NCBI RefSeq assembly: GCF_008386695.1
Contig: NZ_VUOC01000004.1
Span: 598,327 to 622,326, forward strand
Length of the DNA: 24,000 bases
Source: Chitinophaga agrisoli
GTDB taxonomy: Bacteria; Bacteroidota; Bacteroidia; Chitinophagales; Chitinophagaceae
Reading direction: 5' to 3'
Positions 19,101-24,000 of the stretch are shown in pieces. A program made the position numbers and the translations under genes. The stretch's first letter is position 1. Each line of letters begins with the position of its first letter. The notes under the pieces were generated by a model that had not been told where the DNA came from, did not search any database, and was given only the letters and a program-made list of their open reading frames with translations.

Positions 19101-20274
19101 GCATAAATGTGATAGCTGCGCTTTGGCGAAAAAATGTTTTATCCGGTATAATGTCGCCTCCTTTAATGACTCTGCCGCAGGTGAAGAGGTTATTACGCGG
19201 ATGGAATGGCTGCTTAGAACCGCCAGTTTTAAACGGGAGCTGCATATTACCATGCGTGACCTGCGCTCGTTTATTGCGTATACCCTTACCAGGGACCATG
19301 AATGCGCGGATATTGAAACGCTGCTCTCCAACACCCAGACAAAACCGGAGCATTACTGGCAATATTATTATTTTAATATCACCAACCCATCCGTTGACGA
19401 CTCGGGCAACCAGGACAGGCTCATAAAACTGCTACGGGAAACAGATATTGGCGAGGTAGCCATCCCGGACCGCGACCGTGACCTGTTCTTTAGCCATCAT
19501 CAGTCCAACGACTACCTGGAGTTCTCTGACCGGGGATCAAGCCTGATCGATGAGTTCAATCAAAATAAGATCTGGGGGCCGGCACATGAGCAAGACAGCG
19601 CACTGATACAAAGGATCCGCACCAACCAGAAAGTATTTATCCGCCATCAGTATTTTGAAGGAAAATCGCAGCTGCTTTCTGTGGAAAACGGTTATGCATC
19701 CGCCGCCACCGATTCCTCCGAAACCATGTTCTCCTCCTACCTGCTTAGATTGCCCTACCACTCCGTTTTTAAATTTGTACGGGTGCTGGCACAGGGGGAT
19801 GACGGCGCCTATACCAAATCCAGTATTTCAAGAGCGATATCCCTTAATGAAGGATGCGACAACCGGGGCATAGATAAGGACCACCTGGTACTGGCGTCCA
19901 CGGATATCCGGGACCCCTATAGCAAATCTTTCAGGTTATTTGATCTCAACGATTTTGAGCTGTTTGTGAACAGGACCGATCACCTGGTGAAATACCTGGA
20001 ATATGCGCCGGACAGCCTCACCTTCCGGCACAGATCGCAAAAGCATATTAAACTGACCATTTCCCTTGATCTCTATGAGATGCTTTATTTTATTCAGCAG
20101 GGCTTTAGCCCCTCATTAAATGACCTGAGGGGGAAATTCGTGGAATTGATCATTTTCAAAAACCTGTTGGAGAACCTGACTTATAAGGAAGTAGTAGTGA
20201 CCAGTGACAATATGGATTTTTTCCGGATCAGCAAAGACGGGAGCCGTCTTTACATAGCACCAATGCAAGCATAG
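16132..20274 (+). CDS. 1380-aa multidomain protein: NERD nuclease-like domain + degenerate kinase-like domain + canonical Ser/Thr kinase domain + C-terminal P-loop NTPase module (PglW-like head; DptF-like tail hypothesised)
   Basis: This is the longest ORF in the window. The motifs are listed under the four domain features below. The stop TAG at 20272-20274 lies 2 nt before the next ATG. Confidence 0.9.
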   Translation: MARIIKPPYFESVVNAGEKRLLDYLEVNLPDSFYLVPNVEIASTNPRNNRIQYWEYDLLVVSPHAIYNIENKDWKGRIEGDDNYWYINDRQRQNPLKTGRQKTAVLTTRLREQDSSWGRAWIQNMVTLSYPNTFTPSLWQEAGRLSFQLNEQLISFLTDPANVGKTENDIADIYRDIVKYLDGSLSKKAPDAKREVAGYEIIEILQQEPNFTEYLVKPKGVISSIQKRVKEYSLQVAGLSQQALLRREEVIKNQYKALHKIKAKPFILNVEFKIDEENHLFYEISDFLDENSLRAEARSKTFTFQEKIGILRNIMAALKEAHKENIFHRDINPDNIYVISGYAYLGNFGKSYFTDHNHQGYTVMATINESNATPYHPLELTVGNASRASDIYSLGVLAYWLFVGEEPFNTPYDLDRMGGKLSIDKLPSSLNKALPKWLDELCNQTILTDDLKRIESIEAAEMLIEESLKENDSLAPTPPNPPIIQTSSIGAYDLKVGDKIGDYVIHQILGNGGYSRVFKVKHQLQGKYYALKLFHESVNASSVIDEYNALVGLSHHNIVRFVWNGETPNGQFYTLMEFLEGENLSTYSKTDARLPIYRVYQLARDILSALTTMQRLAKPILHRDIKPQNIIWDSEKRFVLIDFNVASFVDDNRDFVGTNPYLAPDLITDGYKVNWDKSADTFALGITLYELVCKQYPWAPKKMPAMSIAPIHPREWEPRLSTAFAAFLNKAVNPRSAERFPNAQEMLNALLAIGEDDIMQEPGIPVPSIKTRDNEGNFIKYLNSLFSQSKAGNFGTRASENISGFDKLTYTASKLDKKLLPDILAGKYKLVIITGNAGDGKTAFIKRIEHDHSIKDLRLHHHKNGAQFKIGGVPFESNYDGSQDELQQANNEVLERFFSPFSDLSDYNNAAEGRIIAINEGRLVEFLKTTNKHRFLHDTIENYFYNEGHHELPPGLMIINLNLRSVAAQDSQEPSLLRSQIKALTNKERWHKCDSCALAKKCFIRYNVASFNDSAAGEEVITRMEWLLRTASFKRELHITMRDLRSFIAYTLTRDHECADIETLLSNTQTKPEHYWQYYYFNITNPSVDDSGNQDRLIKLLRETDIGEVAIPDRDRDLFFSHHQSNDYLEFSDRGSSLIDEFNQNKIWGPAHEQDSALIQRIRTNQKVFIRHQYFEGKSQLLSVENGYASAATDSSETMFSSYLLRLPYHSVFKFVRVLAQGDDGAYTKSSISRAISLNEGCDNRGIDKDHLVLASTDIRDPYSKSFRLFDLNDFELFVNRTDHLVKYLEYAPDSLTFRHRSQKHIKLTISLDLYEMLYFIQQGFSPSLNDLRGKFVELIIFKNLLENLTYKEVVVTSDNMDFFRISKDGSRLYIAPMQA
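16153..16506 (+). other. NERD (nuclease-related) domain
   Basis: GEKRLLDYLEVNLPDSFYLVPNVEI...YWEYDLLVVSPHAIYNIENKDWKGRIEGDDNYWYIN shows the D...E-x-K arrangement and the 'copy number / new-event' layout typical of NERD domains. Confidence 0.7.
16717..17530 (+). other. kinase-like domain 1, predicted degenerate (pseudokinase-like)
   Basis: The catalytic loop HRDINPDN (H328) is intact and the subdomain IX block SDIYSLGVLAYWLFVGEEPF is present. There is no Gly-rich loop (EIIEILQQEPNFTEYLV), and the DFG triplet reads NFG (N347-F348-G349, nt 17170-17178). Confidence 0.7.
17605..18393 (+). other. kinase domain 2, canonical Hanks-type Ser/Thr kinase
   Basis: The Gly-rich loop is LGNGGYSRVF (from L509). 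The VAIK-type Lys is in YALKLF (K532). The catalytic loop is HRDIKPQN (H622). A DFG-equivalent DFN is at D642-N644, and an APE-equivalent is in NPYLAPD. The block ADTFALGITLYELVCKQYPW is also present. Confidence 0.85.
18490..20271 (+). other. C-terminal P-loop NTPase module with CxxCx5C motif
   Basis: The Walker A motif is LVIITGNAGDGKTAFI (G835-T842, nt 18634-18657). A possible Walker-B-like strand is RIIAINEGRL. The Cys motif is C993-x2-C996-x5-C1002 (HKCDSCALAKKC, nt 19108-19137). The remaining ~380 aa have no motif I recognise. Confidence 0.6.
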
Positions 20275-20276
20275 TT

Positions 20277-21836
20277 ATGGGCATAAAATTAAACAGGGAT
20301 GAGACCTCGTTCCGCAATGAACTGATCTTCACCGCGGACGCAAAGGCCGTAAATATAGACAATACGCTGGTGAACCTCTATATGCTCCTGAAGCACAATG
20401 GGATAAGACCCAAACAGCGGTCCGGGGAAAAGAACAATTCATTCGTGGACCTGGAAACATTGAAAGTTGTTTTCTCCAAACTGGAGGAAGAAGGCGCTAT
20501 AACTGGATTTAGCAGCAACCCGGAGGCCGCCGAGCTATGGATGCGCAGCAATCTCGTAAACATGGTGTATAGGGGGAACCTGGATAAAGAGAAGATCTCT
20601 TCCCTAAGACCCATTCACCTGGAGAGCTATAGGGTTAGAAATGCGGCCAATACGAGGGACTACAATACAGCCGACCAGGTTTACCTGATGCTGAACGCCA
20701 ACCCCGCTGTAAGGGAAGAGCTAAAACAGTTCTTAATGGAAGGCTGGAACCAGGCCACCGGCGAGATCACTGCCGGATCTGAACTGGATGTGGACAGCCT
20801 GGGCTTGCTGCACATCATCAAAAAAGTTAAACAAGGTTTCCTGGACAGCAGCTCCAGCCTGAACCAGATCCGGCCGCTGCTGCATGAGCTTTCTGAGCTT
20901 TATTGTGACGATGTAAAAAGATTGCTGGTCTATAAGCGATTAATACCCAGGAATGTGTTGATCGACTATTTTAAGACCCTCACCTCGTTCCATCTCTCCA
21001 TTTACATGCAGAAACTGATCTATACGCTGCCTCAAATGGTGGAATCAGGTTCTGATGCGGCGAGGGCGGACTGGAATATAGTTGTGGACGCCACGGATAA
21101 TTTTGAAAGCAAAGTGGCCCGTATTTCCGCGGGTGATGCGGAGGCGCTGAGCAATAATATGTATGATTATATTAAATCCACTTTCCAGATCAACGCCGCA
21201 CTGAGAAGGTTAAAATTGGACAAAAACAATTCAGACCATCTTGCCAAGGCCCTTCGCATCCTGAAGGACAAACCACAGGATTTTGAAATATACTTTGAGA
21301 CCCAGTGGGATAACCTGTATAATATCCTGAATGAAGAAGATAAAGCGCCGATAAATGATATTGTGAAATATGAGGCCACCTATTTTGACCGCTATATTGA
21401 ACTGATCCTGAAAGCGAGAAGCGCCTACCAGTTCCGCTATCATATGCAGCTGCTTGACAACCTGTCTCAAAAGAATAATGAGCGGGGTTTTATTGCCCAG
21501 GGCCGCAGCAGGAAACACCCCAGGAGGTATGTGATGGGCACCCGGTTACTGGAAACACTTGTTCAGATACTGGTCCTTGAGCCGGATGGGGCCGGATTTC
21601 AGACAAAAGTGCTGGCCATAGAAGACCTGATCCAGAAGATCAGGGAACGGTATGGGCTCATCATCAATGGCCTGTCTGAAGAGCGGTTCAAAGACGCCAA
21701 CCTTAACACACACCTTGCATTTAAGGAAAATGTGGAGGCATTCAAATTAAAACTCCGGCAAATAGGATTCTATAACGATCTAAGCGACGCCTATATACTT
21801 CAAAGAATAAGACCCCGCTACGAACTAAATGCTTAA
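20277..21836 (+). CDS. 519-aa protein of unknown function, second gene of the kinase operon (DptG-like position; unverified)
   Basis: The ORF starts 2 nt after the upstream stop. Composition and codon style match the flanking genes. I saw no catalytic motif. The conserved-looking C-terminus is RYVMGTRLLETLVQILVLEP...IRERYGLIING...QIGFYNDLSDAYILQRIRPRY. Confidence 0.8.
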   Translation: MGIKLNRDETSFRNELIFTADAKAVNIDNTLVNLYMLLKHNGIRPKQRSGEKNNSFVDLETLKVVFSKLEEEGAITGFSSNPEAAELWMRSNLVNMVYRGNLDKEKISSLRPIHLESYRVRNAANTRDYNTADQVYLMLNANPAVREELKQFLMEGWNQATGEITAGSELDVDSLGLLHIIKKVKQGFLDSSSSLNQIRPLLHELSELYCDDVKRLLVYKRLIPRNVLIDYFKTLTSFHLSIYMQKLIYTLPQMVESGSDAARADWNIVVDATDNFESKVARISAGDAEALSNNMYDYIKSTFQINAALRRLKLDKNNSDHLAKALRILKDKPQDFEIYFETQWDNLYNILNEEDKAPINDIVKYEATYFDRYIELILKARSAYQFRYHMQLLDNLSQKNNERGFIAQGRSRKHPRRYVMGTRLLETLVQILVLEPDGAGFQTKVLAIEDLIQKIRERYGLIINGLSEERFKDANLNTHLAFKENVEAFKLKLRQIGFYNDLSDAYILQRIRPRYELNA

Positions 21837-21840
21837 CGGA

Positions 21841-24000
21841 ATGCAACAGACAACGCAGATAAATACCTATTATAAACGGATCATTGACCTGATACTGGAG
21901 CTGTATCATGATGATCTGAGCAAAGCTATTCCAGGCCATTGTATGAAGATCACCGGATTGGGCCTGCATGAGCTGGAATTCCTATGGGAACTGATCCGGA
22001 GCAAATACAGCAATATCAATACCTTTATCATTGGCGAACAATCCACCGCTGATGAAAGGTTTATCACCGCCACCAAACTTATTGAATTAAGGAATAAACA
22101 AGACGCGCCGCTGTTAGTGCTGGTGCCATCCAATAGCCGCACATCCGCGGAAGACTCCTATGGAAATGCTACATTCAAAGAAATATCCCTGGAGGGCATT
22201 GAGCAAAGACTAAGGGAACAACTGATCAATAATATTCCCCTGGAATTTTCCGCCATCCTGAAGAACGAGATCCTGGGATCGCTTAATATGTCGCAGGTAG
22301 ACCCGGTGAACGTTGTTAACTACTTACTTTCCCTGGAACAAACAGGATATTCAACAACCTCCATCGGCAACCAGCTGTATCTCCTGAACCTGTTGCCGGA
22401 CGCCGCATTATTGCTGCAGCACGATAAGATACGATCCCGACTGAACTTCAACAATAAAAGCACTACGCTGCTGGCCACCTTTCATAAGCCGCTGTATGAC
22501 CGGATTGCCGAACTGCCATTGGAATCCAACTCGCTTCAGAAAGAGCTGGTAACATTCCTGAAGACTGAAAATAATGCCAGGAGTGCAGCCGATATATGCC
22601 GCATTGTGTATCAACACTATCCTAACCTGAATTTTTCCAACTGGCAGATCCCTGACCTGGATTTCCGGCATATCAAACTTTTTGCCGAAGAGATCAGGTC
22701 CGTTGATTTCTCGCAGGAGGAAGGCCGGCAGGTGCTTAAAGCGCAGGAGCGTACTTCTACTAAAGTAAGGGTAAGATTCTCTATGAGTCAAAACCCTAAA
22801 GAGATCTCCGGCCTTGCCTATTTTAAGGTGATCCTTATGGCGGTGAATGGCGGCGCCGGCGATGAGATGCAGGTAGTACGGAAGATCAAGAACTCCACAT
22901 CCAACAAGCCCTACCGGGATGTTACCGTGGAGCTGAACCCGAATATGATGGAAGAAGGCTCCTATTTCTTTAAAATATGGGCGGAGGACGAGCATGGCAA
23001 TATACTTAACAGCGATGATGATTTCAAAGAGCCTAAGATCCAGGCCGCCTGGAAAGAGGCGAAAGAAAAAAACAGCGCTACCCTGAAAAGCGCTTTCGAC
23101 TATAAACTTACCAGCGACACCAGCGATTTTGATTATGTGGTGGAAGAAAATTCCGAACGGGAAGAAAACCAGCGGAAGGACAAACTGAACAATATACTCC
23201 AGGCTTTCTTCAAATTCCGGATCGAGAAAATAAAATCAGAGGGAGAAACGGAAACGCCCAGGCCCTCCGAAACCTCCAACCTATGGATCACAGACCCGTC
23301 AAAACATACGTCTACTTTCCATATCAATTATTCAGACAGGCATAACTACCAGGTGAACCTGTCTTCCAAATTGCGGATGATAGAAGACCTGTTCCTAAAG
23401 AACAAGGAATGTTTTGGATGCATAAAAGTGCATCTCAGGAACAGCTCATCCGCCATAGGATTTGAATCCATGAGCTTCATCGCCAGCGAGATCTCGTCCC
23501 TTATACCCAAAGAGATCATCGCCCTCCGGAGCGGCATATATACCCGGATCCAGCAGTCCAACGCTGCCGGAAACGGCGTTTTAGAAACGGCTGATATCTT
23601 TAATTTCCCGGACCTGATCAGCGAATATATTCAAAAGCTCACGGAGTGGACCACGGGGCTGCAGCTGCAGATCCTGGAAGCCGATAAACAGGACGCTGAA
23701 CAACCCAGCATCCAGGACCTGCTGGCAGCAATACAGATGCTTGACCTGGTGAAGGTTAAAACAAAACTGCCGGATGGTAAACCGGTGGAGGCATTTTTAC
23801 TGTCTCCGCTTCACCCGCTGCGGTTAGCCTGGTGGACTGAACTGATGGACGTTTTTGCGGCATGGGAAACGCGCACACAAGGTTACCCGGGCTATAAGGA
23901 ATCCTGGTCCAAGGGATTGGCCAACTTATTTGAAGGCCAGCTTACGCCGGAGAACAACCCGCTGATCTTCGTTGAGCCGGGTACGTTTAAGGCGTTCCAT
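21841..24000 (+). CDS. large protein of unknown function, 3'-partial (more than 720 codons, runs off window); third gene of the kinase operon (DptH-like position; unverified)
   Basis: I translated frame 1 by hand from ATG 21841 to nt 24000 and found 720 codons with no stop (MQQTTQINTYYKRIIDLILELYHDD ... LSPLHPLRLAWWTELMDVF ... FVEPGTFKAFH). An in-frame ATG at 21829 would overlap the upstream stop (ATGCTTAA). The ORF is absent from the supplied track, presumably because it has no stop in the window. No Walker A motif occurs in the visible 720 aa. Confidence 0.8.
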   Translation, partial: MQQTTQINTYYKRIIDLILELYHDDLSKAIPGHCMKITGLGLHELEFLWELIRSKYSNINTFIIGEQSTADERFITATKLIELRNKQDAPLLVLVPSNSRTSAEDSYGNATFKEISLEGIEQRLREQLINNIPLEFSAILKNEILGSLNMSQVDPVNVVNYLLSLEQTGYSTTSIGNQLYLLNLLPDAALLLQHDKIRSRLNFNNKSTTLLATFHKPLYDRIAELPLESNSLQKELVTFLKTENNARSAADICRIVYQHYPNLNFSNWQIPDLDFRHIKLFAEEIRSVDFSQEEGRQVLKAQERTSTKVRVRFSMSQNPKEISGLAYFKVILMAVNGGAGDEMQVVRKIKNSTSNKPYRDVTVELNPNMMEEGSYFFKIWAEDEHGNILNSDDDFKEPKIQAAWKEAKEKNSATLKSAFDYKLTSDTSDFDYVVEENSEREENQRKDKLNNILQAFFKFRIEKIKSEGETETPRPSETSNLWITDPSKHTSTFHINYSDRHNYQVNLSSKLRMIEDLFLKNKECFGCIKVHLRNSSSAIGFESMSFIASEISSLIPKEIIALRSGIYTRIQQSNAAGNGVLETADIFNFPDLISEYIQKLTEWTTGLQLQILEADKQDAEQPSIQDLLAAIQMLDLVKVKTKLPDGKPVEAFLLSPLHPLRLAWWTELMDVFAAWETRTQGYPGYKESWSKGLANLFEGQLTPENNPLIFVEPGTFKAFH

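Noticed and set aside
17008-19761. Multiple 72-124-aa ORFs on both strands inside the kinase gene (e.g. 17893..18267, 18195..18536, 18978..19334, 19109..19426)
   Set aside because: All are nested within or antisense to the 1380-aa CDS. Their Arg/Gly/Pro-rich composition is typical of off-frame translation.
22408-22995. 195-aa minus-strand ORF, the largest track ORF in the last 2 kb
   Set aside because: It lies antisense to the uninterrupted 720-codon plus-strand frame, which continues the operon with matched composition. Long antisense ORFs are expected in relatively GC-rich coding sequence.
16132-24000. Calling the operon a standard type 2 BREX / Pgl system because of the PglW-like kinase protein
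   Set aside because: The genes after the kinase protein are a 519-aa protein and a large protein with no methyltransferase motifs in 720 aa. This does not match the PglX/PglY/PglZ order or sizes. PglZ and PglX could still lie beyond the window, so BREX is deprioritised rather than excluded.
1-24000. Search by eye for CRISPR arrays, tRNA/rRNA genes, integrases, transposases and terminal inverted repeats
   Set aside because: I saw no regularly spaced direct repeats, no cloverleaf-like GC-rich 70-90-nt segments, and no recombinase-like ORFs. Eye scanning can miss tRNAs and small RNAs, so tRNAscan/Infernal should confirm this.

Overview
This 24-kb segment looks like a Bacteroidota chromosome. 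That taxon call is inference, based on a SusC/RagA-type TonB-dependent transporter with an STN and carboxypeptidase-regulatory-like N-terminus, FecR-family C-terminal domains, and a Bacteroidota-style dgt. The left part (1-8.6 kb) holds four things: a membrane-anchored FG-GAP/VCBS-repeat protein, a ~2.2-kb ORF-poor stretch with only fragmentary ORFs, two tandem paralogous mini-FecR-like proteins, and, convergent with them, an STN-SusC-like transporter. That transporter is followed by a small signal-peptide/4-Cys protein instead of a SusD. The right part (9.3-24 kb) resembles a defence island. It contains dgt (dGTPase-family HD hydrolase) 17 nt upstream of a DUF2779-type double-nuclease protein, then a 953-aa STAND NTPase (HTH + HNH-like + NB-ARC-type P-loop + TPR, Avs-like). 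Divergent from the STAND gene is a tightly coupled three-gene operon: a 1380-aa NERD / degenerate kinase / canonical Ser-Thr kinase / P-loop protein, a 519-aa protein with no recognised motif, and an ORF of more than 720 codons that runs off the window and is missing from the supplied ORF track. This operon is my best candidate for an undescribed system. It has a PglW-like nuclease-kinase head fused to a P-loop module, and the gene sizes and order recall the DptF/DptG/DptH restriction trio. No methyltransferase, PglZ or dnd/ssp modification genes are visible. All family assignments come from motif reading by eye and need profile searches. I recognised no rRNA, tRNA, CRISPR array, integrase or transposase.
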